Origin: Clostridia bacterium
Lineage (GTDB): Bacteria > Bacillota > Clostridia > UBA1212 > DUPL01
DNA: 64,000 bases
NCBI GenBank assembly: GCA_050951325.1
Contig: JBMNIW010000012.1
Span: 704,001-768,000, forward strand
Direction of reading: 5' to 3'
A program made the position numbers and the translations under genes. The notes under the pieces were generated by a model, which did not search any database, was not told the DNA's origin, and was given only the letters and a program-made list of their open reading frames with translations. Positions 51,110 to 60,798 of the stretch are shown here, in pieces. Numbering within the stretch: the first letter of the stretch is position 1; each line of letters opens with the position of its first letter.

Positions 51110-52087
51110 TCAAACGAATAAATAATGTCCAACAGGCTGCAAGTCAGGTAGATCAAGTTTAAGATCTAAAACCAGGAAGGAACGTATGTCATAGCACAAG
51201 TCGCATTTGCCTTTATACTCTTCTTTTGGTACATATCCATACTTGTTAACTGCCAGATTGCAGAGTCCTGCAACACCACTGCTTTCAAGACTGTAAAGCA
51301 CCTTATACTTTTCTTGGTCTGCTCCTTTTATCAGTTCATCAATCTTTATAGAGAAACCAGGACATGATTGGGGAATAAAGTTTTCATAAAGGTCCAAATG
51401 GAAGTGATATACACCGGAAAGAAGGCCGCAGGGTCTTGAAGAATTCATAATGTCATTAAAGCTTTGCATCTTCAACTGAGATTTAAAGGTTTTGAATGCT
51501 CTTCCTTTCAAGTTTATGCCGTATCTTCCGAGGAGATTATCTATGTAACTTTTTCCAAACTTTCCCTCATACTCCTTTAACGAGTGGGTTGTTCTCTCAT
51601 CAAAGGAATCCAAATCAGGCCAGAATTCCATTTGCCAGGGGAAAACTCCAACTCCCGCATTGTAGCATGCCTTGATAAGGCTCTTTGTTTTCCAAAAAGG
51701 TATATACTCATTATGGAATGGATCGATGGATATGAGTAGGGTATCGACGCCATGTTCTTTAATGTCATATAGAATGGACATGGTTTTGTCTTCATCGATA
51801 TACCAGGATGCATTTGTTTCAATATATTCCACAGACACTCCATTATTTGCAGCTGAGGCAAGAACCTTCAAAAGCTTTTCAGGCTGCAAAAAAGGTTCTC
51901 CTCCGCCAATATGCACGGAGTGGCAACCTTGTTTTTTCAATATTCTGAAAATGTTGCTTGCAGTGGTTTCGTCCATGTAGTCTCTTTCCCATTTTGGCGA
52001 ACAGGAATAGGAACAGTGTTTGCACTTTGAAGAACATTTGTAATTGGTTATTACTCCACCTGATACAAGTCTGTTTACCTTGAGCAT
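51110..52087 (-). CDS. Radical SAM protein with extra C-terminal cysteines
   Basis: CSSKCKHC, GGGEPF and ETNA motifs; later C..SC..CDLC. Confidence 0.88.
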   Translation of the reverse strand: MLKVNRLVSGGVITNYKCSSKCKHCSYSCSPKWERDYMDETTASNIFRILKKQGCHSVHIGGGEPFLQPEKLLKVLASAANNGVSVEYIETNASWYIDEDKTMSILYDIKEHGVDTLLISIDPFHNEYIPFWKTKSLIKACYNAGVGVFPWQMEFWPDLDSFDERTTHSLKEYEGKFGKSYIDNLLGRYGINLKGRAFKTFKSQLKMQSFNDIMNSSRPCGLLSGVYHFHLDLYENFIPQSCPGFSIKIDELIKGADQEKYKVLYSLESSGVAGLCNLAVNKYGYVPKEEYKGKCDLCYDIRSFLVLDLKLDLPDLQPVGHYLFV

Positions 52088-52187
52088 ATTCATCCCTTTT
52101 TCACTTATTTTGTAATACCAGTATAGTATATCACAAGATAATAGTATATAATATACGCATTGTATAGATGAGACAGGTGGTGCGAAT

Positions 52188-54041
52188 ATGTTAAGAGAAA
52201 ACAGACTCACTTTTTACACATCAAAGGAGATTGAGCCGAAGGGGTGGCTTGTTTCACAGCTTAAAATTCAGGCAGAAGGATTGTCTGGAAATCTGGACAA
52301 AGTCTGGCCGGACGTAAGAGACAGTAGGTGGATTGGTGGAGTACGGGAAGGTTGGGAAAGAGTACCCTACTGGTTGGATGGATTCATACCCCTTGCATAT
52401 TTGCTCAAGGACGAAGATTTGATTGACAGGGCGAAGAAGTACATAAACGCAATTATAGAGGGTCAAAAAGAAGATGGGTGGATTTGTCCCTGCAATGATA
52501 ATGAAAGAGGAAGATATGATTTATGGGCCTTGTTTTTAATACTAAAGGTTCTGGTTTTATACCATGATTGCTCCGGAGATGAAAGAATTGAAGATGTGGT
52601 ATACAAGGCGTTGGCCAATTTAAAAAGACATGTGGCTGGAACAACTCTTTTTAACTGGGGTATGTCAAGATGGTTTGAAGCCCTTATTCCGATTTATTGG
52701 ATGTATAGAAGAAGAGAAGAAGAATGGCTGTTAAGGCTTGCAAGGACACTGTATGCCCAGGGTATGAATTACAAGGCGTTGTATGACAACTGGGATGATA
52801 TGGAGCCAAGAGCGGAGTGGACCTTTCAAACTCATGTGGTAAATGCTGCAATGGCAATTAAGTCAGAAGCACTTATGTCCCAGGCTTTGAAGAAGGAGAT
52901 GGATGCGGATGAGTTTGCTGAAAAGATGTACAGTCTTCTAATGGAGTACCATGGCATGGCAACCATGCACTTTACAGGCGATGAATGCTTTGCAGGCAAC
53001 AGCCCAATTCATGGTACTGAACTATGCAGTGTGGCGGAAGCCATGTATTCATATGAAAAGATATTTGAAGTAACAGGCAAAACAAAATGGCTGGACAGGC
53101 TTGAGAATCTTGCCTTTAATGCTTTTCCCGCAACAAACAGTGAAGACATGTGGACGCATCAATACGTTCAGATGACCAACCAGATTGAATGCAGTCGTTT
53201 CAAGAACAGACCCATATTCTACACCAATGGACACGAGGCAAATCTTTTTGGTTTGGAGCCTAATTATGGGTGCTGCACTGCAAACTTCAACCAGGCATGG
53301 CCAAAATTTGCTTTAAGCACATTTGCCCATAATGAAAAAGGTATTTATTCTGCTGTAATTGCTCCAGCCAAATTGAACACGAGAATAAATGGTGTAAATG
53401 TATCAATAGAATGTATTACGGATTATCCATTCAAAAACAAGGTGACTTATGTATTAAAAGCTGAAGAAAAGACCCGATTTACATTTGGAATACGCATACC
53501 TTTATGTGTGGAGAGTGCAACGGTTGAAGGCAAGGCCGTTGAAATGGGGGCAATGCATGAGATTACAAGAGAATGGCATGAAGACACGGTTGAGGTTGTA
53601 TTTGAATTCAAGCCAAAACTTGTGGAAAGACCTAATGACATGTTCTGCTTGTGGTACGGACCTTTGCTTTTTGCACTTCCAATCAGGGAAGAGTGGGTTG
53701 GTTACGAGTATACAAGAGACAATGTTGAAAGAAAGTATCCATATTGCGATTATGAGGTCCTTCCACGTTCAAAATGGAACTATGCCTTTGCCAGCAAGGA
53801 TTTCAAGGTAAGCATAAATGGAATCAAGGACAGACCTTTTTCAAGAAACAAACCTCCTGTAGTTATATCTGCGGAAATGTATGAGATAAACTGGGGTTAT
53901 GAAGAAGGATACGATAATGTATGCAGAGAGACTCCTCTTTCAAGAGAACCGATTGGAGGCAAGGTTGAAATGATCCTGATTCCTTATGGATGTAGCAATC
54001 TTAGGATGACAGAAATGCCGCTGTTAACATGTTGTAATTGA
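52188..54041 (+). CDS. GH127-family hydrolase (cytoplasmic)
   Basis: P.GWL..QL..QA.GL.G.L, GWERVPYWLDG, HVVN, GDE, ELC, GCCTAN and LIPYGC motifs. Confidence 0.88.
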   Translation: MLRENRLTFYTSKEIEPKGWLVSQLKIQAEGLSGNLDKVWPDVRDSRWIGGVREGWERVPYWLDGFIPLAYLLKDEDLIDRAKKYINAIIEGQKEDGWICPCNDNERGRYDLWALFLILKVLVLYHDCSGDERIEDVVYKALANLKRHVAGTTLFNWGMSRWFEALIPIYWMYRRREEEWLLRLARTLYAQGMNYKALYDNWDDMEPRAEWTFQTHVVNAAMAIKSEALMSQALKKEMDADEFAEKMYSLLMEYHGMATMHFTGDECFAGNSPIHGTELCSVAEAMYSYEKIFEVTGKTKWLDRLENLAFNAFPATNSEDMWTHQYVQMTNQIECSRFKNRPIFYTNGHEANLFGLEPNYGCCTANFNQAWPKFALSTFAHNEKGIYSAVIAPAKLNTRINGVNVSIECITDYPFKNKVTYVLKAEEKTRFTFGIRIPLCVESATVEGKAVEMGAMHEITREWHEDTVEVVFEFKPKLVERPNDMFCLWYGPLLFALPIREEWVGYEYTRDNVERKYPYCDYEVLPRSKWNYAFASKDFKVSINGIKDRPFSRNKPPVVISAEMYEINWGYEEGYDNVCRETPLSREPIGGKVEMILIPYGCSNLRMTEMPLLTCCN

Positions 54042-54091
54042 TTTGTGAGCATGGTAGAATTAATCAAGTATTTATTTTGGAGGGCCTATTT

Positions 54092-54835
54092 ATGAGCAGA
54101 GTTGCAAGAGTAGCAAAGATAGCAGTAACGGCCTTGATTTTAGTTTTGATTTCAACCGGTTGTATGAGAGCTGAGTTTGTTATTGAGCTAAATGAAGACG
54201 GTACCGGTACTTTATCGAATGTATTTGCCATGACAGAGGAGGCGTACAATCTTTTTTTGGAGAACGGGACCGATCCGTTCGAAGATTATACGACGGACAA
54301 AAAAGTAATAGACGGTGTGAGTTATGTTTATTATACTGAAGATTTGGGTAAGATGACTTTTAAAGAAATAGAGGAAGAACTATTGGAGTTCATTCCAGAT
54401 ACTGATAGTGATGATCCTATTCCTCTGTTCAAGGATGCATCAATTAAAAAGAAAGCGTCGCTGTTTAAAAACGAGTACAGATTCAAGATGGTTACTAACA
54501 AGGATGCTGTTACCGATAACGAGACAATGAGTGCAAGTGAACTTATGACAGTGTTGGTGTCGGTAAAAATGCCTGGAAAGGTTATATCCCATAAAGTAAA
54601 TGATAATGTGGTGAATATAACTATTGATGAGTACAGCGAGGAAAAGACTTATGAGATTGTTTCAACTTCAAGCAATACTTTGGTTATAGGGATTCTGGTA
54701 TTGTTGTTGTTCTTTTTGATAATTGCTGTAGTTGTAGTTGTTGTTATTGTTGTGGTATTGAAAAAGAAAAAGGATGCAAAAGTTCAGGATTCTACATATA
54801 CTCCGGCAGCTGAAGAGACAGATCAGGAATTATAA
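54092..54835 (+). CDS. Lipoprotein with C-terminal TM helix (LppM-like)
   Basis: Lipobox STGC, LNEDGTG and VKMPGKV motifs, long C-terminal hydrophobic helix plus KKKK. Confidence 0.7.
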   Translation: MSRVARVAKIAVTALILVLISTGCMRAEFVIELNEDGTGTLSNVFAMTEEAYNLFLENGTDPFEDYTTDKKVIDGVSYVYYTEDLGKMTFKEIEEELLEFIPDTDSDDPIPLFKDASIKKKASLFKNEYRFKMVTNKDAVTDNETMSASELMTVLVSVKMPGKVISHKVNDNVVNITIDEYSEEKTYEIVSTSSNTLVIGILVLLLFFLIIAVVVVVVIVVVLKKKKDAKVQDSTYTPAAEETDQEL

Positions 54836-54875
54836 TATGTAATTAACAAAATAATTGGAATTGAAACTATTTGGC

Positions 54876-54905
54876 AAAACCTCCCTGTTTTTCAGGGGGG
54901 TTTTT
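54876..54905 (+). terminator. Intrinsic terminator
   Basis: AAAACCTCCCTG...CAGGGGGGTTTTT. Confidence 0.75.
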
Positions 54906-54992
54906 AACACAAGTTAATACATATTTTATTCAATATAACAGATGGATTTAATACAATATAAGTAGAAACAAAAAGCAAAGGACGTATCGTAT

Positions 54993-56360
54993 ATGTATGT
55001 TTTCAGAAAATATATTGTATTATTTCTGTCAATATGTTTTGTTGTATTATTCTTGTCATACATTGAGTTAAATAATGCAGAAACTGAGCCAAGCCCTGGT
55101 ATGACAATAGAACCTACAATTCTTCCAACACCCAAACCAACAGAAGATAATGATACTACGCTGCCCGAATACATAGGAGGTTCATTGTCAGGACCGTTTG
55201 AAAGTTCCGGAGACACGGTTGTTTACAAGGTGGATAATACAACAAAGGAGCAGTATGAAAATTATGTTGAAAAGATTATGCAAAAACGATTTGAAAATGT
55301 ACTGAGCAACGATGTTAACGGAAATTTATACAATACCTTTGTTAAAAAAGACAGACTTGTACACATCAGCTATTTTAAGCAATCTACCAGTGTAATAATC
55401 GTATACGAAACAAGGGGTTTTCTGCCCAAAAGCGTTCAAAAGCTCAATTCAAAAAGGAAATACCAACCATTGCTCACACAAATTAAACTGGACAGTAATG
55501 ATATGCTTGAAGGCATGTCGTACGTGTTCAGACTCTCTGACGGCTCCTTCTTCATAATTGATGGAGGATGGCCTGAAAAAGAACACAGTGAAGCAAAAAA
55601 ACTTTACAACCTTTTAAGAGAGCAAACCAGTGAAGAAGAAATCGTAATTCAAGGATGGCTGCTTACTCACTGCCACAGTGACCATATCGGCACTTTCAAT
55701 GACTTTGTCATACAGTATCATGACAAAGTGACAATCAAACAGGTTTTATACAACTTCCCTTCAGATGATGACATATTAAACAGCGACAGTCCCCATATGC
55801 TTGACGACCATCTGGGTCGGTACAAAACCTTTAAAAAGGTAATCGGTACATATTTATATGAAACAGATATTGTTAAAATACACAGCGGTTACAAGTTTAA
55901 TTATGTGGATGCGGAGATAGAAATTCTGCAAACCCACGAGGATTTCTATCCAATAACTATTCGGGATAGCGGAATGAATCTCTCTTCTGTATTATTTACC
56001 GTGACTATTGCAGAGCAGAGGATTATCTTTCTTGCTGATGCAAACGAAATGGCAAATGACAGACTTGTATTGAATTTCGGTCAGTATTTGAAATCGGATA
56101 TGATGCAAGTTGCACACCATGGTTACAGTGGTGGAACCGTTGAATTGTACAAGATTATTGATGCTGAATACATGCTATACCCTGCTCCTGTAGAGTTCTA
56201 CAAAGGCAATCTAAGGCATGACCACAACAGGTACTTTCTATTTGAAAGCAAAACGGTAAAACAGGTATTCACAATGGGATTTCATCAGTTTACCCTGCCC
56301 TTGCCATATACAGCTCCTGAAGGTGCTAAAAGAATTCCGTACAATCTTTTCAAACATTAA
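54993..56360 (+). CDS. Exported MBL-fold metallo-hydrolase (ComEC/Pce-like)
   Basis: N-terminal TM, PT linker, IDGG, THCHSDH, FLAD and QVAHHG motifs. Confidence 0.82.
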   Translation: MYVFRKYIVLFLSICFVVLFLSYIELNNAETEPSPGMTIEPTILPTPKPTEDNDTTLPEYIGGSLSGPFESSGDTVVYKVDNTTKEQYENYVEKIMQKRFENVLSNDVNGNLYNTFVKKDRLVHISYFKQSTSVIIVYETRGFLPKSVQKLNSKRKYQPLLTQIKLDSNDMLEGMSYVFRLSDGSFFIIDGGWPEKEHSEAKKLYNLLREQTSEEEIVIQGWLLTHCHSDHIGTFNDFVIQYHDKVTIKQVLYNFPSDDDILNSDSPHMLDDHLGRYKTFKKVIGTYLYETDIVKIHSGYKFNYVDAEIEILQTHEDFYPITIRDSGMNLSSVLFTVTIAEQRIIFLADANEMANDRLVLNFGQYLKSDMMQVAHHGYSGGTVELYKIIDAEYMLYPAPVEFYKGNLRHDHNRYFLFESKTVKQVFTMGFHQFTLPLPYTAPEGAKRIPYNLFKH

Positions 56361-56420
56361 TGTATTGTTTCGCTGTTTAAGTATGATAAAATTAAGTGGA
56401 AAGATTAATACGTAGAAGGG

Positions 56421-59354
56421 GTGTTGCAGTTGAGGAAATTGTCACGGGCATTTATGCTTTTGCTTTGTATTGTAATTCTTGCTGGTTGTGGTACTGAAGT
56501 AAAGGAACCCCCACCAAGAGATACCAGTGGTGATACAAAATTGTCTGCATCCATGGTATATGCAAACAGTATAGCCAATAAGGTTCAGGCATATTATGAC
56601 AGGCCTGATCGAAGCAGTTATACGATAACAAATACACAAATTGAACTGGTTCACGATCTTATGAAACCAGGATCAAAATATGTAACAGCACTCAAATCAA
56701 ACAAGGGAAAGACTTACTTGAAAAATACCATGGATATCTTTGTTAAAGATACCGACGGAAACGTCTATTATGCATCCAAGTCTCCCAGTGCAGGTAGAAT
56801 TAACACCACAAGACTTGGTTACTACTATTATGAATCCCATGTGAGGGATTTGGGGTTTGGACAATCCGATGTTTCCGTTTATGGAAAAAAGCTTGATTTG
56901 GGCGGGTTTAATCATGGAAGCTGGCACAAGAATAAGGACGTTAAAGATGTATATTACAAAGATGGAACCATGGTGATTGAAATTGCCTCTGGTGCTGATC
57001 CGTATGTAAGCAGAACCGGAATTCATGTGGATCCCGCCACATACAATGCAGTCGAAATTACAATGAAAGTAGAAGGGGATGCCCAGTCTGCACAATTGTA
57101 TTTCTATACATTGGATACTTCCGGTTTCAATGAAAACCAGAAAATAAACTTTAGCGTAAATGCTGATGGTAAATATCATACATATTTATTGGATCTTATG
57201 GGGTCGGGAGTGTTTAATTCGCCTATGGTAGGAATCCGTCTTGATGTTGGTTCTGCTGCTGGCGAAAAGGTAACTGTCAAATCTCTAAATGCGGTCCAAA
57301 CTGATGCTTCTTCAGTTCCGTTGAAACTTGAGAAGACTTTTCACACTTATTCCGATAAACTACACCAAGAATACAGGCTTATTGCTGCAAATGACTGTGA
57401 TGTTCTTGGTGCATTTGGACTTGAGGTAAAAATCAGCAAGAAGACAGTATCGAAGATACAGTACAAGGACAAAAACGGAACAGGTACCAATATCAAGAAG
57501 CTGGATGGGGGAAGTATTGAATATATTGCGTTTGACATAAAGAAGGTAGGAGTTATTGGATTCATAATCCCACCTGATGGAAGTACGTCCTACTGCACTG
57601 TAACGGAAGACAAAAACAACTACATCTTCACCCAGTATGCCAATGTAACAGATAACACCTTGAAAAAAATGGAGGAAATCATATTTGGCAGCAGGGTGTA
57701 TACAGATACAACGCATTCTTTTAAAGGAATAGAGAAGGCCTGTGATATTGAGAGGAATCCTCTTGTTGATATTACCGTAACAGGCGAAGCAAATGGACAA
57801 TTCTACGGATATGACCATATGGTTGGCATGTACAAGTTTGACATGGATGGTTCCGATTTCAACAAGGCATTTTACCGTGAGCCTGACAAGCATTTTGATG
57901 CAACCATATTAATGAAGAATGACAATCGCAACAGAGACCTGTATATCTGGTTCAATACCGACAATGAATGTCTTGAAAGCGCTGCGATACTCGACGATAC
58001 AAATACACAGGTTCCAATACCACTGCAGGTAGGTAAAAACTTTGTTTATGAAAAGGAAGAGCCCTTTTATGATCCGGAAGATGTGATGTATGGTGATACA
58101 ATATTCCCGCTAAGATTCAAAGAAAATGAGGAATCTCAGTTTACGGTACTGAATCTGTATCAGAACTGGGGAAAATACCCACTAAAGCAATTATCTTGGA
58201 TACAGTTTCATGTATCATATTATCATTTGTCCACTGGTGTAACCGAGTCCAATTGTATAGCACCATACTATGTGTATGGAAAGGACGGCTGGACATTGCC
58301 CGACTTTAGAGGAGCCAGCGGAATAATGTGGTCTGGTCAGCCTCAGTTCAACTCTGTTGGAAGGCTGTATTTCCTGTCGTATATCAATAGCAAAGGTAAG
58401 AAAGTAATGACAGAGTACACGGACAGCTATATCCGTTCTTCAGGCAATACGTATGTTGATATGGACTACAGCTACATATCTGACTGCGGTTCGTTCAAGT
58501 ATGTATTGAGGCATATTGAGTTTCCTCAAAAGGATGAAAATAGAACATATTACTCTTTGCGACTTGAGTTCCTAAAAGATCTGACAATAGACAATGTAAG
58601 AGAGAACCTATCCTTGTTTACATTTGACTCAAGGAACAACAAGTTCTACCAAGCAGCTTATCTGGATGAGAATAACCAGCCGCAGAATATTTCTATTGAT
58701 GTCTCTCAGCCCAATTCTCAGATATACAAGCTAGGAGACCAGTCTCCTTACTTTGCATTTTTCGACCTTGAAAAGAAGGAGCAGGATATGAACTTTGGCT
58801 TCATCCTGAAAAGCAGCAGTGCTAGAATAGGGAAAAAGAAATACAATGGTGGATTTGTTTTCAAGAATACTTTTGACGGGCAAATAAATATTGGGACATT
58901 GTCCTTGGATTTAGGTAAAGTCAAGTTCAGAAAGGGAGATTATATTAACCTGGATTTTATTCTTCTTCCATATGGATCCTTCAAGGTCAAAAGCGATGAC
59001 AATGTAAGGTATGTAAGGGAAGACTCCTGCCTGAAACCGCTCAGTATTGAAGCGATAAAGGGAGAGGTTGTAAAGGATACATATCTGCCAAGAATAAAGT
59101 GTGAGAATAATCAGGCGGAGTTCACCATCATAGGTGGAAGGAACAACAACGTGGTTCGAGTAGACGGGTTTACGAATATCAAGAAGCCAAGGATTTATGA
59201 GCTTGTGGACGGTGAATATGTGCCAATCGAATTTTCAGTACATGAATACGATGGGTACACGGTACATTTCAACAGGGATGGAACATACAGTTTTTCCTTT
59301 GTGTTTGAGATGGAGAGTCCTGATTCTGGTAGAACATTTAAGGTTGAGAATTAG
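56421..59354 (+). CDS. Large uncharacterised lipoprotein (977 aa) with an inserted CBM-like domain
   Basis: Lipobox LAGC; beta-rich; inserted DPY..YNAVEITMK..IRLD module. Confidence 0.72.
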   Translation: MLQLRKLSRAFMLLLCIVILAGCGTEVKEPPPRDTSGDTKLSASMVYANSIANKVQAYYDRPDRSSYTITNTQIELVHDLMKPGSKYVTALKSNKGKTYLKNTMDIFVKDTDGNVYYASKSPSAGRINTTRLGYYYYESHVRDLGFGQSDVSVYGKKLDLGGFNHGSWHKNKDVKDVYYKDGTMVIEIASGADPYVSRTGIHVDPATYNAVEITMKVEGDAQSAQLYFYTLDTSGFNENQKINFSVNADGKYHTYLLDLMGSGVFNSPMVGIRLDVGSAAGEKVTVKSLNAVQTDASSVPLKLEKTFHTYSDKLHQEYRLIAANDCDVLGAFGLEVKISKKTVSKIQYKDKNGTGTNIKKLDGGSIEYIAFDIKKVGVIGFIIPPDGSTSYCTVTEDKNNYIFTQYANVTDNTLKKMEEIIFGSRVYTDTTHSFKGIEKACDIERNPLVDITVTGEANGQFYGYDHMVGMYKFDMDGSDFNKAFYREPDKHFDATILMKNDNRNRDLYIWFNTDNECLESAAILDDTNTQVPIPLQVGKNFVYEKEEPFYDPEDVMYGDTIFPLRFKENEESQFTVLNLYQNWGKYPLKQLSWIQFHVSYYHLSTGVTESNCIAPYYVYGKDGWTLPDFRGASGIMWSGQPQFNSVGRLYFLSYINSKGKKVMTEYTDSYIRSSGNTYVDMDYSYISDCGSFKYVLRHIEFPQKDENRTYYSLRLEFLKDLTIDNVRENLSLFTFDSRNNKFYQAAYLDENNQPQNISIDVSQPNSQIYKLGDQSPYFAFFDLEKKEQDMNFGFILKSSSARIGKKKYNGGFVFKNTFDGQINIGTLSLDLGKVKFRKGDYINLDFILLPYGSFKVKSDDNVRYVREDSCLKPLSIEAIKGEVVKDTYLPRIKCENNQAEFTIIGGRNNNVVRVDGFTNIKKPRIYELVDGEYVPIEFSVHEYDGYTVHFNRDGTYSFSFVFEMESPDSGRTFKVEN

Positions 59355-59356
59355 AT

Positions 59357-59388
59357 GTAAAAAGGCTGCCTCCGGTGCAGCCTTTTAC
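59357..59388. terminator. Bidirectional terminator
   Basis: AAAAGGCTGC...GCAGCCTTTT between convergent genes. Confidence 0.85.
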
Positions 59389-59389
59389 A

Positions 59390-59947
59390 CTATTGATTAA
59401 ACATATCAGTCTGATATTGATTAGAGTGTCTTATTGTGAATTCGTTGGGATAAATAATATTTTTTGAAGAGATAATCAACAATGCTACTGGGGAAAGGAA
59501 AATATACAACACAACATAGGCTGTGGCGTTTCCTTCTCCTACAAATTGTTTGAATATGTGGTACGCACAAAGGCATGAGAGATATATTAGAAGAACAAAT
59601 GCCCCTATTATTGCAAGCCAGCCTAATATAGGGATTAATGATATTGGGCCTACTACCAAAGGTGTGACAGCAAGTATTATTCCCAGGTTGTCGAATAAAA
59701 AGTGCTGAGTCGTTATGTATTTAACCTTCTTAATCTCATCCTTTGCAAGGTCACCTACAAGGTAAGCATTTGCTATAGGGATCCATGCAAGCCATGGGTT
59801 TTGATGGTTCATTTTCTTTGCAATTTTACTTAAGCCTAGTGCACTGAGAATGTAGGCTATGGCGCCAATGGCAAGGGATATCAAAGTTACAACCAACAAT
59901 ACCGCCAATATTGCGGTAATATTTACTTCTGAACTGTAATCAACCAT
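59390..59947 (-). CDS. Integral membrane protein (DUF5684-like)
   Basis: Several TM helices and a WLAWIPIANAY motif. Confidence 0.72.
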   Translation of the reverse strand: MVDYSSEVNITAILAVLLVVTLISLAIGAIAYILSALGLSKIAKKMNHQNPWLAWIPIANAYLVGDLAKDEIKKVKYITTQHFLFDNLGIILAVTPLVVGPISLIPILGWLAIIGAFVLLIYLSCLCAYHIFKQFVGEGNATAYVVLYIFLSPVALLIISSKNIIYPNEFTIRHSNQYQTDMFNQ

Positions 59948-60093
59948 ATAGCACAACCTCTTTCAAATATACTTCTAAAATATTGTATCCCAAAACCTTA
60001 AGGATAACAACATGGAAGGCAGAGATGTTTACATGACTTTTTTAATTGTGTATAATACTCACAAATAAGACGAAGAAAAAAGAGGTGTATATT

Positions 60094-60789
60094 GTGAAAA
60101 TCAAACTCCTTATTCTATTCGTAGGTTTGGTTTTTCTGTTGACAGGCTGCAAAGCTCCTGAAAAGCCGGAAGCAACTAAAACACCGATAGTTGCAGAAAC
60201 ACCTGATGCAACTTCAACACCTGAGAAAACACCGACACCGGAGCCAACGGAAGAACCTGTGTATCCGACAGTTGAGCCCGGTACCGGGAAGTATCATGGC
60301 GGAATAGTCAGCGAAGATCCATACAAATATGAGGCGTTTGACGTTACAACCCATGACAGCACAGCAATTCACATAAGACCCGGCGACAGTGCCGCTTTAC
60401 AGTTCTTTGCAACAACCTCCTTCGATGAATCAGGCTTTATTTGTCCCAGTATGAGTGACAATATTGGAAGCCTTACACTTAAGCTTTATGCATGGATGGG
60501 TACATATGCCAAAACCGTTGAGCAAGAACCCTTGCATGAGAAAACTTTTGTTGATTTTAGCGATAATTCATGGCTAGTACTTCAGTTTGATCCGCTGCCT
60601 GATGGAGAATATCTTTTGGTTGCTGAAGATCCCGAGCAGGATGTGGGAGTCTGGAAGACAATTCCAGACTGGGATGCTGTAAGGACATGGATAAATGGCG
60701 TACCTGTGGAAGGTGTCATCAAAAACTATATAAGGTACACCAATACACCAAAGAATCTGTATTATCAAATAACTGATGTGGATTTTTGA
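60094..60789 (+). CDS. Lipoprotein with PT linker and one beta-sandwich domain
   Basis: GAGGTG RBS with GTG start, lipobox LTGC, TPEPT repeats. Confidence 0.78.
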   Translation: MKIKLLILFVGLVFLLTGCKAPEKPEATKTPIVAETPDATSTPEKTPTPEPTEEPVYPTVEPGTGKYHGGIVSEDPYKYEAFDVTTHDSTAIHIRPGDSAALQFFATTSFDESGFICPSMSDNIGSLTLKLYAWMGTYAKTVEQEPLHEKTFVDFSDNSWLVLQFDPLPDGEYLLVAEDPEQDVGVWKTIPDWDAVRTWINGVPVEGVIKNYIRYTNTPKNLYYQITDVDF

Positions 60790-60798
60790 GGTAATGTC

